From Longimicrobiales bacterium (lineage in GTDB: Bacteria; Gemmatimonadota; Gemmatimonadetes; Longimicrobiales; Gaopeijiaceae), in the NCBI GenBank assembly GCA_965226375.1, contig CBDDCX010000007.1, positions 224,001-288,000 of the forward strand: a stretch of 64,000 bases of DNA, in the 5' to 3' direction. Under the pieces are notes generated by a model. The model saw only the letters and a program-made list of their open reading frames with translations, did not search any database and was not told the origin of the DNA. Below are positions 1-9,858 of this stretch, in pieces. Both the position numbers and the translations under genes were made by a program. Numbering within the stretch: the first letter of the stretch is position 1; every line of letters starts with the position of its first letter.

Positions 1-831
1 ATCGCGTACCTGCCTACGGAGCAGTTCACCAACGATCTGGTCACCGCCATCCAGAACGGCACCACTGCGGAGTTTCGGCGGACCTACCGCCAGATCGATC
101 TGCTGCTCGTGGACGACATCCAGTTTCTGCAAGGCAAGGAGCGCACCCAGGAAGAGTTCTTTCACACGTTCAACGCGCTCTACGACGCTCAGAAACAGAT
201 CGTGCTCACCAGCGATCGACCACCGAAAGAGCTTCCCGGACTGGAAGAACGGCTTATTTCCCGCTTCGAGTGGGGGCTGGTGGCCGACATCAAGCAACCC
301 GACTACGAGACCCGCATCGCCATCCTCCGGAAAAAGGCCGCAGACGACGACCTGACTCTGGACTACGATGTGATCGATTTTATCGCACGTTTTTGTACGT
401 CTTCAGTCCGTGAACTCGAGGGCGCGGTAATCAAGCTCCTGGCTTATTCGTCGCTCACCAATCAGGAAATCACGGTCGACCTTGCCCGCAGGGCGCTTCA
501 AGCCACCTTCGGACACGAGTCGCATCAGGCGGGTGGAGCATCGAGCCCGCAACGGATTCGAGAGGTCGTAGCCAATCACTGGCACGTACGTGACGAAGCC
601 CTTAGCTCCAAACGCCGGACGAAAGACTTGACGGTCCCTCGCCAGGTCGCCATGTACCTGATCAAGGATCTCCTCGACTACCCTTTGGTGCAGATCGGAA
701 AGCTGTTCGGCGGCCGGGATCACTCGACGGTGATCCACTCGATTCGCAAAGTAGAGGAGACCATGGCGGGCGATTCCTCGTTCCGACGAAGCGTCGAAGC
801 CGTGCGCGACGAGCTGATGAGACCCGTCTGA
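1..831 (+). CDS. dnaA: Chromosomal replication initiator DnaA (5' partial)
   Basis: Frame is open from base 1. Walker B LLLVDDIQF, QEEFFHTFN, RELEGA and domain IV GGRDHSTVIHS. Confidence 0.97.
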   Translation: MAYLPTEQFTNDLVTAIQNGTTAEFRRTYRQIDLLLVDDIQFLQGKERTQEEFFHTFNALYDAQKQIVLTSDRPPKELPGLEERLISRFEWGLVADIKQPDYETRIAILRKKAADDDLTLDYDVIDFIARFCTSSVRELEGAVIKLLAYSSLTNQEITVDLARRALQATFGHESHQAGGASSPQRIREVVANHWHVRDEALSSKRRTKDLTVPRQVAMYLIKDLLDYPLVQIGKLFGGRDHSTVIHSIRKVEETMAGDSSFRRSVEAVRDELMRPV

Positions 832-1078
832 TGGTGTGGAAAGACGTGTGGAAGACCGCCCGGTTCTCCCGAGTTCTCTACGGGCGAGGGCCGTCGCAAG
901 AAGTCTTCATTCTTTTCCACATTGGTGTTGCACGGTGGAAATGCTTGAGGGCACAGGGCTATGTGCGGTCCTCCACAATTCCACACCCTCTACTACTACT
1001 AATTATTTCTTATAGTGTAGTCTTTAAATAGGTAGTCACTGTGAAAAACCCGGCCTCGACCGACGCCGTAAAACCTCA
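832..1078. other. Replication origin oriC with DnaA boxes, DnaA-trios and AT-rich unwinding element
   Basis: Lies between dnaA and dnaN. Box-like 9-mers at 835-843, 847-855, 913-921 (TTTTCCACA), 969-977/977-985 and 1040-1048 (TGTGAAAAA). CTACTACTACTA at 990-1001 is followed by an AT-rich tract. Confidence 0.85.
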
Positions 1079-1090
1079 ATGGGAGGCTCG

Positions 1091-2206
1091 ATGAACTGCA
1101 CCATCACTCGGCAGAATCTTCACAAGGGCCTCGCTGCCGTTTCCGCGAGCATCCCCACCAAAACGACTCTTCCGGTGCTTTCCAACATCTTGTTCGAGGC
1201 CGGACAAGACGGGGTGTGGATGAGCGGCACGGACCTCGACGTGGCAGTACGCGTCTGGGTGCCCGCCGACGTCAAGGAACAGGGCAGCCTGACCGCTCCG
1301 GGCAAGAAGCTCCAGGAGATCGCCCGTGAGCTTCCAGATGAGCCGGTCGAGGTGACTACACGAGGCGACCAGATCGAACTGAAGTGCGGACGAAGTCAAT
1401 TCAAGCTCAACGGTCTGCCCAGCGACGAGTTTCCCACGCTTCCCGAGGTCGACTTCGATGAAGGATGGAAGGTCAAGGGGAGTGAGCTCCACAGGTTGAT
1501 CAAGCACACGTCCTTTGCAGTATCCACCGAAGAGAGTCGTCCCATTCTGAACGGGGTGCTCTGGGAGCTTCGTGATGGGCACATGCGGATGGTTGCCACG
1601 AACGGGCACAGGCTTGCCCGCATGGGGATCCCAGCCGCTTCTTCGAGTGCACCGAGTGCAGACTTCATCGTGCCGCCCGTCGCGCTCCAGCAGGTTCAGC
1701 GGCTGTTCGAACATGAGGACGATCTGGAGGTGGCTCGCAGCGGAAATCATCTCGGATTCCGCGCCGCGGGCAGGGAAGTCTATACTCGCCTGATCGAAGG
1801 AGCGTATCCGAACTACGAACAGGTTATTCCAAAGGACAACGACAAATACGCCATCGTAGACAAGAAGGCGTTGGCGTCGGCGGTACGCCGGATGGCGATC
1901 CTGGCGAGTGATCAGACCCATAGGATCCGCATGGTGTTCGAGTCGGATCGTGTCCACCTGAACGTCCTGACCCCCGATCTCGGCGAGGGTGAAGACGAGT
2001 TGGAGCTCACCTATGAGGGCGAGGGTCTGGAGATCGGATTCAACGCCGCATACCTGCTCGAGGTGTTGCGGTACATGGAAACGGACGACGTGAAGCTTAC
2101 GTTCAAGGCTCCCGAGCGCGCTGCGACCATCGTGCCCGTCCCGCCGGAGGGCGAGGAGCCCGGCGACTACCTTTGTCTGGTGATGCCCCTCAGGCTACTC
2201 GACTGA
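1091..2206 (+). CDS. dnaN: DNA polymerase III beta sliding clamp
   Basis: TLPVLSNIL, VATNGHRL, YPNYEQVIP, IGFNAAYL and C-terminal VMPLRL. GGAGG RBS before ATG 1091. Confidence 0.97.
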   Translation: MNCTITRQNLHKGLAAVSASIPTKTTLPVLSNILFEAGQDGVWMSGTDLDVAVRVWVPADVKEQGSLTAPGKKLQEIARELPDEPVEVTTRGDQIELKCGRSQFKLNGLPSDEFPTLPEVDFDEGWKVKGSELHRLIKHTSFAVSTEESRPILNGVLWELRDGHMRMVATNGHRLARMGIPAASSSAPSADFIVPPVALQQVQRLFEHEDDLEVARSGNHLGFRAAGREVYTRLIEGAYPNYEQVIPKDNDKYAIVDKKALASAVRRMAILASDQTHRIRMVFESDRVHLNVLTPDLGEGEDELELTYEGEGLEIGFNAAYLLEVLRYMETDDVKLTFKAPERAATIVPVPPEGEEPGDYLCLVMPLRLLD

Positions 2207-2245
2207 GACCCGAGAGGCGGTCACAAAAACACCCGGCCAGTCGTT

Positions 2246-2830
2246 CTACTCAGTGCCTGCCGCCGCTCGGGCGGCAGCCAAGAGCTCGCTTCCGGTAAAT
2301 GCTGCCACGAAGGGGAGGTGCAATTCGTCCAACCGCTCCTTGCCACCCTCTTCTCGGTCCACGAGACAAAGCACTCCAGCTACGGTAGCGCCGTGCTCGC
2401 GGATTGCCTCGATGGCTTTGAGCGCGCTCCCTCCACTGGTGACGGCATCCTCGATAATCACCACGCGGGCATCTTCGGGAAGACCTCCCTCGATCTGACG
2501 CCCCGTCCCGTGGTCCTTGGCCTCTTTGCGGACCGTGAATCCGTCGAGAATCTGTTCACGATCAAAGCTGTGGTGGGCGATGGCGTAGGTGACAGGATCG
2601 GCGCCCAACGTGAGCCCCCCGATGTGGGACACGTCCCAGCCCGTCTCATCGATGAGATCGTAACAGACCTTCCCGGTCAGGTGCTGGCCCTCGGCCGTCA
2701 TCGTGGTCTGGCGAGCGTCCACGTAGTAGGACGAACGCGATCCACTCGCGAGGGTAAAATCTCCAATACGTACGGAGCGCTCGAGAAGAAGAGCCTTGAG
2801 TCGCTCTCGCTCATGCATTTGTTTGCTCAT
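2246..2830 (-). CDS. pyrE: Orotate phosphoribosyltransferase
   Basis: GDFTLASG..SSYYVD, RKEAKDHG and PRPP motif VVIIEDAVTSGGS. Confidence 0.93.
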   Translation of the reverse strand: MSKQMHERERLKALLLERSVRIGDFTLASGSRSSYYVDARQTTMTAEGQHLTGKVCYDLIDETGWDVSHIGGLTLGADPVTYAIAHHSFDREQILDGFTVRKEAKDHGTGRQIEGGLPEDARVVIIEDAVTSGGSALKAIEAIREHGATVAGVLCLVDREEGGKERLDELHLPFVAAFTGSELLAAARAAAGTE

Positions 2831-2868
2831 AGTGCGATCGAACCCTCAATGCTCGACTGGTGTTCCGA

Positions 2869-3846
2869 ATGACCCCCAATCCTCGCTTGATCAAAAGAAT
2901 TCTCGTTGTGGCCGCCGCTGGTCTGTGGGCGTGCGACGGCGGATCGAGCAGTATAGATCCCGATACGCTTCGTTTTGGCCAAGTCGGGCAGATTCGTGTG
3001 ACCCTGCTACTTCCGCTAGCGGTCGACAAGGGTGAGCTACAGCAGACCCTGATCTGGGCATCCTCCGGTGCGTGGGAACTCACAGAGCGTATCTCATATC
3101 TGGAAGTGCTGGGGGATGAAGACGTGAGGTCCAACCCCGGCGATCCGTCGGCGTATGCTGCGGCCTATGCCGGGATGATCATCCAGATCAACGAAACCGG
3201 GGGGTTGACGCTCTTTACCCCCGAACTCGATCCGGATCTGATTCCGACGTGTGGGATCACCCGCACCACGATCATCCTGACGGTCCAGGACGACTCACGG
3301 GGCCAATCCGAGACCTGGGTGCGCTGCTCCTCCGGGGACTTCAGCAACCTGACCCCGGCCGGCGCGGACCCGGGCCCTGCGGCCAGCCGGATCGCACAGG
3401 TGACCATCTTGGCCGGTGAGTTCACGTTGGGTGACGACTTCGTGTCGGTGTACAGCGGCAGCGTGCCGTTCTCCACCCTGGATCGTGGCGAGGACTCGTT
3501 CGCAGAACTGGGTGCGTCGTTCACGTTCACGTCCGCATTGGGTTGGCCTGAGTTCTGGAAGTCTCACGTGGGGCGTGACGAGGATCCTCCCGAGGTGGAC
3601 TTCGAGCGTGACATGGTCGTCATCGCGGCGGTGGGCTTGCGCGTCGAAGCGGGTGACAGCGTCGAGGTGAGGCGGATCCTTCAGATCGCCACCGGGACTC
3701 TCACCGAGGTCGTGGAGAGGGTGCCCGGCGACTTCTGCTCGCCGGCGGCTCGTCTTCACGTGCCGTTCCACATCGTTTTGGCGCCGACGACGGATCCACC
3801 GATTCTCTTTCCCGAGCCTCGGGTGGAGAGGATACCGTGCGGCTAG
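2869..3846 (+). CDS. Putative lipoprotein with C-terminal PrcB-like domain
   Basis: Signal peptide with lipobox LWAC. C-terminal PEVDFERDMVV...PFHIV pattern. Confidence 0.55.
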   Translation: MTPNPRLIKRILVVAAAGLWACDGGSSSIDPDTLRFGQVGQIRVTLLLPLAVDKGELQQTLIWASSGAWELTERISYLEVLGDEDVRSNPGDPSAYAAAYAGMIIQINETGGLTLFTPELDPDLIPTCGITRTTIILTVQDDSRGQSETWVRCSSGDFSNLTPAGADPGPAASRIAQVTILAGEFTLGDDFVSVYSGSVPFSTLDRGEDSFAELGASFTFTSALGWPEFWKSHVGRDEDPPEVDFERDMVVIAAVGLRVEAGDSVEVRRILQIATGTLTEVVERVPGDFCSPAARLHVPFHIVLAPTTDPPILFPEPRVERIPCG

Positions 3847-3908
3847 AGCAACCGGACCCCGCGGCAGTCCGGGTGGAACGCCGGCGCGACGCCCGGGGCG
3901 AGGGTGTG

Positions 3909-4631
3909 ATGTCCCTCCGGCGACAATTCATGCTTGTCCTCGTAACCTTCTCCGTAGTGCTCGCGGCGGTGGGCGGCTGGGGCACGTGGGTTATCGTCCA
4001 GGCCGACCTCGAGGCGGAGATGGACGACAAGCTCAAACAGGTGACGGGTACCGCCGCCAGAGTCGGGTTCTCCACGTCCGGCCTCGCTGCCCTTCGGCCC
4101 GGCGACGAGGCACTTCGAACGTACACGAGTCAACAGAGCAAACTGCAGCAGCTTCAGGCCTATGTGGCAGAGGCGTGGATCATTCGCACGGTGGACTACA
4201 CCTCCGTGGTTTCGACCCGACCCGTCGGCGAGGTGCCCATTGGTTCGTTGACCCGTTTCGAGGCATACGGGGCGGAAATCGCAGACGCGGAGCTCCGAAA
4301 CACGGCCACGACGTCTGATCTGTTTTCTGTGGACGGACAGCCGTTCAAGTACGGCTTCATCGGCCTGGGCGCGCAGAACCCGGGGCTGGTGCTGGCCGTG
4401 CGTATGCGAGCCGACTATCTGGTTCCTCTCGCCCTGCTCAGGGCAAAGATCCTGTGGGGGTCTGTGGTCGCCGCGGTTGCCGCGATACTGCTGGCCCTCT
4501 TTCTCGCCCGAAACGTGGCCCGGCCGCTGGAGCGTTTGAGCCGAGTGGCGCTGCGTATCCAGAGGGGCCGCTGGGCCGAGCCTGTGGGAGAAGAACAGGG
4601 CCGGGAGCTCAGGCAGCTGTCTAGAGCCATG
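3909..4631 (+). pseudogene. N-terminal fragment of a membrane sensor (TM-periplasmic-TM-HAMP), probably a histidine kinase, truncated
   Basis: Two TM helices, then HAMP (ARPLERLSRVALRI...ELRQLSRAM). No HisKA or HATPase follows. Confidence 0.7.
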
Positions 4632-6632
4632 GTTCCCCTGGCCGTTCGAGCACGAAGGCGAGATCGTCCCTGTTGTCAGCGACGGTACGGTGCAGACCTA
4701 CCGGCTGCGCTGGATTTCATTCGGGGGTGGTCGCTACCTGAGGAACCGATTCGGCAGATCGCCCTGTGGTTCAATCCCAGCGATCTGGCCAGCATCGACA
4801 TCCTGTCCATCACACTGGTCCCGATGGTGGCCAACTATGCCGCCGCGGGCGCGGCCTCGCGCTCGGAAAAGCGCAGCCGGATTCATCGACAGGCGTTGTA
4901 CACGCACACGCCGGGGCGCGTAGAGTATCGGGTCAAGATCCCGGAAGGTGGTCGGCTGGACTTCGGTATGGGGGTCGTGCGTGAGGACGTGCCCGTGACC
5001 TTCCGGGTCACGGCGATCGCTGATGGTGCCGCGGGCGGTGAATCAACCACGGTTTTCGAGGAGCACTACGCGAACAAAGAGGCCTGGGGCCAGCGTTCGG
5101 TGGATCTTGCCGACTTGGCGGGCCAGACCGTAACGCTCGCTCTGGAGGCCGAGTCGGAGACCGAAGGGCGGGTCGCTTTGTGGGGAGCGCCGACCGTAAC
5201 AGGCGGCGGGCAGTCGCCTCTTCCGAACGTCGTTTTCTACGTCTTCGACGGCGGTGCGGCGGACTACATGAGCGTCTACGGTTACAACCGTCGAACGACC
5301 CCGACCCTGGAGCGGCTGGCTACGGAGGGCGTCGTGTTCGAGCGAGCGTACAGCAACTCTTCCCGGACCCTGCCCTCGACAGCCTCCTTCATGACTTCCC
5401 TACAGACGAGTGTGACGGGGGGCTTTATCGGCGGCAGCAACCCTGTGCCTGCCGAGGCCGTGACCATGGCCGAACACATGCACCGGGCCGGCTACCAGAC
5501 CGCGGTGTTCACGGGAAACCCCAATGCCGGGACCTTGAGCGATCTCCAGCGTGGAGTCGATCTGTTCCGGGAGGATTGGGCGGATTTCTCGTACTTCGGC
5601 GGCAATAACCACAAGGAGTCCTCGAAGTACCTCCACGAGGGATTCTGGAGCTGGCGGGAGGACTATCCCAGCCATCCGTTTTGGGCGCACTTCCAGACCA
5701 CTGACACGCATGGGGACTTTCCGGCTCCGCCACCCTTTGGCGGCCTCTTTGTCACCGCGGACGAATGGGAAAGGGTGAGTGAGTCGGTTGACCGTTTGGA
5801 GGCGTTTGGCGGGCCTGGTCCCTATTCTCCCGCTTGGGATTCTACGGGGATCAGCCGGACGGCATTTTACACTGTGGGGAAGGGCCTGTACGATGAAGCG
5901 ATGGCTCACAACGACTATCGGCTCGGGCAGCTCATCGACCGGCTGAAAGCTGAGGGGGAGTGGGAGAATACGCTGTTGATCATCGGGGGCGATCACAGCA
6001 TCCGGGCGGCTTTCACGGACATGGGCCTCGCGCTCAGCGACTCGCTGCCTCCCCGATGGAGCCAACCGATGTTCCGGCCCACGGTCTCGAGGGTGCCGCT
6101 CATGTTCGTGTGGCCGGGCCACATCGAGGGGGGACAGCGGATCGACTACCCCGTATCGATGCTCGACGTACTGCCCACCCTGCTCGACTTGCTGGGGCTC
6201 CCCCCCGCCGAGATCGGACAAGGTCAGTCGCTGGTTCCTTTGCTGTCGGGTCGAGAAGGATGGGAGCCGCGACCGGTGATCCTCGACGAGTTCCGTGCCC
6301 ATCGTGCCGATCTCGAGACCGGCGAGCTGTCGGGCTGGATCGAGGTAGTGGACGGCCGTTGGGGCGCTTCGCTCGAGATCAACCCCAACCCGGAGAGGCC
6401 CGCGCCGCGCCGCCGTCCTTCCCCGCTGCTGCTTTACGACCTCTGGAACGATCCGATGGCTCTGTGGAGCCTGCACGAGGAACGGCCGGACCTCGTGGAG
6501 AAGTACACCGCCTTCCTGGAGGGACAGTTCGAGGCTCACCTGGCCTTGGCACAGTACTTCACGCCATCCGGTGAGGTCGAGCTGACCCCGGAGCAGCTTC
6601 AGACGCTACGCACGCTGGGCTACATCAAGTGA
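4632..6632 (+). pseudogene. Sulfatase-like (alkaline phosphatase superfamily) hydrolase lacking its 5' end
   Basis: PNVVFYVFD, TPTLERLATEGVVFERAYS, IIGGDH, LLYDLWNDP, LRTLGYI. No start codon or signal peptide of its own. An apparent frameshift lies near 4710. Confidence 0.7.
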
Positions 6633-6672
6633 AGCGGTGGTGAGTGCTGGTGGAGTCTGCCTGGTCGTCGTG

Positions 6673-6755
6673 AACTTCTTCGAGGAGTTGAAGGAGCGGG
6701 TGCCGAATTGAACGGTCAGGTCCCTTGGCTGCGCGTCTTCGTGGAAGGCGTGGTG
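6673..6755 (+). repeat. Dispersed repeat A (kinase 3'-end remnant plus start of next gene); partial copies at 7842-7880 and 9134-9194
   Basis: AACTTCTTCGAGGAGTTGAAGGAGCGGGTGCCGAATTGA vs AACTTCTTCGAGCAGTTGATGGAGCCGGTGCCCGACTAA. GAGCGGGTG...CCTTGGCT.CGCGTCTTCGTGGAAGGCGTGGTG occurs twice. Confidence 0.8.
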
Positions 6756-7406
6756 ATTGTGGGGTCGATTCTGATGGCGTTTGGGCTTCAGGCGTGGTGG
6801 GAGCGACGGCAGCAGCAGATCCTGGAAGTTCAGTACGCAGATCGCCTGAGGTCCGACCTCGCGGCCGACACACTGCGCTTCGCTGAAACCGGCGCTGTCT
6901 TTGGGGTCAAAGTCGATGTCCTGCGCGACTTCCTTGAAGCAGGGAGCCGCCCGCTCTCGGTCTCGGACGCCGATCGGATGATGGCCCGATTGGCCTTTTC
7001 GACCTACAACGCCTTGCCAGAGACCAGGTCCGCCACCTTCCGAGAGATGGAGAGTTCGGGTGCGCTCGGGTTACTCCACGACGTCTCACTACGCAACGCC
7101 CTCGCTGAGTACTACGCCCACAACGAACTCCTCTCGGGCATTCTTGCCGATCCACCCGGACCGTATCAGGTGATCCTAGTCGAGGCGTTGCCCGGCGACC
7201 TTTGGCATTCGATGAGGATCGACTCAACCAGCGTCGATCAGGCTGCGCTGGAACGCGGTCTACGTAAACTCGCCTCGTATCCTGACCTGGAAGGAACTCT
7301 GAATTCGGAGCTTGCCTACTCAACGGAACTAATGTTCTTCACTCGTCGGTTCAAGGCAGATGCCACGGGGCTGCTCGCACAACTCGACGAGGCATACCCC
7401 CAGTAG
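6708..7406 (+). CDS. Hypothetical membrane-anchored protein (DUF6090-like N-terminus)
   Basis: PWLRVFVEGVVIVGSILMAF TM, coiled segment and SSGALGLL motif. Confidence 0.6.
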   Translation: MNGQVPWLRVFVEGVVIVGSILMAFGLQAWWERRQQQILEVQYADRLRSDLAADTLRFAETGAVFGVKVDVLRDFLEAGSRPLSVSDADRMMARLAFSTYNALPETRSATFREMESSGALGLLHDVSLRNALAEYYAHNELLSGILADPPGPYQVILVEALPGDLWHSMRIDSTSVDQAALERGLRKLASYPDLEGTLNSELAYSTELMFFTRRFKADATGLLAQLDEAYPQ

Positions 7407-7469
7407 CACCCTCATTGCCTCCCCACATCCCGCAGCGCAGCCTGACGTCGCATCCGCTCGGGCGAGACT

Positions 7470-7532
7470 CGCATCAATCCCAAACCAGCCATCGCCCAAC
7501 CTCAGCATCACCCAATAGCTTGAGCGCATGGG
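7470..7532 (+). repeat. Dispersed repeat B; second copy at 9227-9287
   Basis: Both copies share CGCATCA.TCCC...CCATC.CCCAACCTCAGCATCACCCA...TTGAGCGCATGGG. Confidence 0.8.
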
Positions 7533-8048
7533 CTTAGCTTCTGGCCCAGCAAAATGTACTCCAACGCTGTGTTCTTCATCATAGTAAATAGATGCTGCCA
7601 AGCGGCACACTTGTTGCTCTTAGCTACGGGTGGACTTGTCCGGGCGGGCGAGACTGACCGCGAGAATCCTGATGTTGAGTGGTGTGCTCTGCGGACCCGC
7701 CCGGACAAGCTCCACTACTTGTTGTCAGGGTGCCACAGCAAGTTGTCGCGGCCAAGCCACGAAACCTCAGCTTGCTATGCGCACCGAAAGCAACATGGGC
7801 AGACCAGCCCCCTCCAGGGCTAACAACTTATCCTCCTCGATAACTTCTTCGAGCAGTTGATGGAGCCGGTGCCCGACTAACGCCGGTGTCGGTCCTTGTG
7901 CCAACGGTCGGGCGCTCTGGCCCAAGAGACAGCCGATTGGGTCGGGGCGGTCTGGAAGAGAAGACCCCTGAGTGGACCCGGAAACATGAGGGACAAAAAA
8001 GCGCGACTGACACACACTCCGTCTGAGCAGTCTGAGATCCAAGGAGGC

Positions 8049-9074
8049 ATGACCATGAACACCAAGCGACTTCGAGAGACCGCCCAGGCGATGGTCGCCC
8101 CTGGCAAGGGCATCCTGGCGGCTGACGAAAGTGCACCCACAATAAAGAAGCGCCTTGGGAGCATCGGTGTGGAATCCACCGAGGAGGCCAGGAGGAGCTA
8201 CCGAGAGCTGCTACTCACAACCCCCGGCCTCGCAGATCACATCAGCGGCGTTATTCTCTTTGATGAGACCCTGCGGCAATGCACCACCGATGGCACTCCG
8301 TTCGTCGATGTCCTGACCGACCAGGGGCTCCTGCCGGGGATCAAGGTGGACACGGGAGCACGAGACCTCGCCGGCTTTCCGGGTGAGAAGGTCACAGAGG
8401 GTCTCGATGGACTCCGCGAACGACTTGCTGGGTACCGAGAGCTCGGGGCACGCTTCGCCAAGTGGCGTGGAGTAATCGCCATCGGAAAGGGCCTCCCCAC
8501 GGAGTATTGCGTCGGCGCCAACGCGCACGCTCTGGCTCGATACGCCGCCCTTTGCCAAGCGGAGGGAATCGTTCCCATCGTCGAGCCAGAGGTTCTCATG
8601 GATGGCGACCATGATATTCACCTGTGCGATCGGGTTACGTCGCAGGTCCTTCGAAAGACCTTTGAGCAGCTGGCAGAGCACCGTGTCTTGCTCGAGGGTG
8701 TGATTCTGAAGCCCAACATGGTCCTTCCCGGCACCAAGTCCACAACCGCGGCGACAGTCGCAGAGATCGCAGAAATTACCCTGCGGTGCCTTCTAAACAC
8801 GGTGCCGTCCGCCGTTCCGGGCATCTGCTTTCTTTCCGGTGGCCAATCTCCGAAGGAGGCAACCGTAAACCTGAATGCCATGAACACGATCGGTCGGCAT
8901 CCGTGGGAACTGAGTTTCTCGTATGGGCGCGCGTTGCAGGCACCCGTCTTGAAGGCTTGGGGGGGCAGCGCAAAGAATGCCGTCGCTGCGCAACACGCTC
9001 TTACGGTGCGAGCCCGATACAATGGGGCTGCACGCGACGGAAAGTACTCCGCGGGAATGGAGCCTAATGCGTAG
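8049..9074 (+). CDS. Class I fructose-bisphosphate aldolase (eukaryote-type family)
   Basis: GKGILAADES, ILFDET, FAKWR, VPIVEPEV, LKPNMV, FLSGGQ, SFSYGRALQ. AGGAGG RBS. Confidence 0.95.
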   Translation: MTMNTKRLRETAQAMVAPGKGILAADESAPTIKKRLGSIGVESTEEARRSYRELLLTTPGLADHISGVILFDETLRQCTTDGTPFVDVLTDQGLLPGIKVDTGARDLAGFPGEKVTEGLDGLRERLAGYRELGARFAKWRGVIAIGKGLPTEYCVGANAHALARYAALCQAEGIVPIVEPEVLMDGDHDIHLCDRVTSQVLRKTFEQLAEHRVLLEGVILKPNMVLPGTKSTTAATVAEIAEITLRCLLNTVPSAVPGICFLSGGQSPKEATVNLNAMNTIGRHPWELSFSYGRALQAPVLKAWGGSAKNAVAAQHALTVRARYNGAARDGKYSAGMEPNA

Positions 9075-9308
9075 CGGGATCGACATCACTATCGGCTCGA
9101 TCTTGCACCTGCCTCTGTATGCCCTCGGCTGATGAGCGGGTGTCCAATTGGTCCGCCAGATCCCTTGGCTTCGCGTCTTCGTGGAAGGCGTGGTGCTCGT
9201 CGGCAAACTGGAGAACTAGCGGCCTTCGCATCAGTCCCCTCCAACCATCTCCCAACCTCAGCATCACCCATAGATTGAGCGCATGGGATCTGGCGAAGCT
9301 CGACGGGC

Positions 9309-9750
9309 TCACCTCCCGAAGGAGAAGTCGACCGAGGTCTGCTGATCTTCACGCACCGTGACACGCTGCGTCCGAATCCCCAGGGTCGCATGCCATGCCT
9401 CCACCAGGTATGCGCCGGGAGAAAGACTGTCCAGGCTGAAGCGGCCATCTTCGGTGGTGACCGCGAAGAAAGGATGATCCAGCACCAGAATCATGGCGGT
9501 CATCCAGCCGTGGATATCGCACTCCACGGGCACTAGGCCTGCGGCCTCCTCGAAGACCTTTCGGCTCTCGAGGCCCCGCAGCGGCTGGCCGATGTTGAAG
9601 CCGCGACCGGCGGCGGGTGACACGTGCACGTTGTGGAGCGTGGCGTCACTGTTCCGGATGACCAACGTCTGCCCCGCCTGTACGGCGAGGACTCTCGGGC
9701 CGTACATGCAGCCTTCCTGGTCCAGGACGATCTCTTCGATGGGCGGGGCG
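9309..9750 (-). pseudogene. C-terminal fragment of a cupredoxin-like / carboxypeptidase-regulatory-domain protein
   Basis: LDQEGCMYGPRV, NSDATLHNVH, CDIHGWM, GAYLVEAWH. The upstream frame is unrelated sequence and has no signal peptide. Confidence 0.65.
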
Positions 9751-9858
9751 GACGCTTGCCCACCTCCGCGGGCTCGCGATGCTCTCGACTCCGGTGGTTT
9801 GGGATGCCAACTTCGGCGGAGCGACCTGAGTTCGAGTCCCCTTCGGAGGCGGCAGTCG

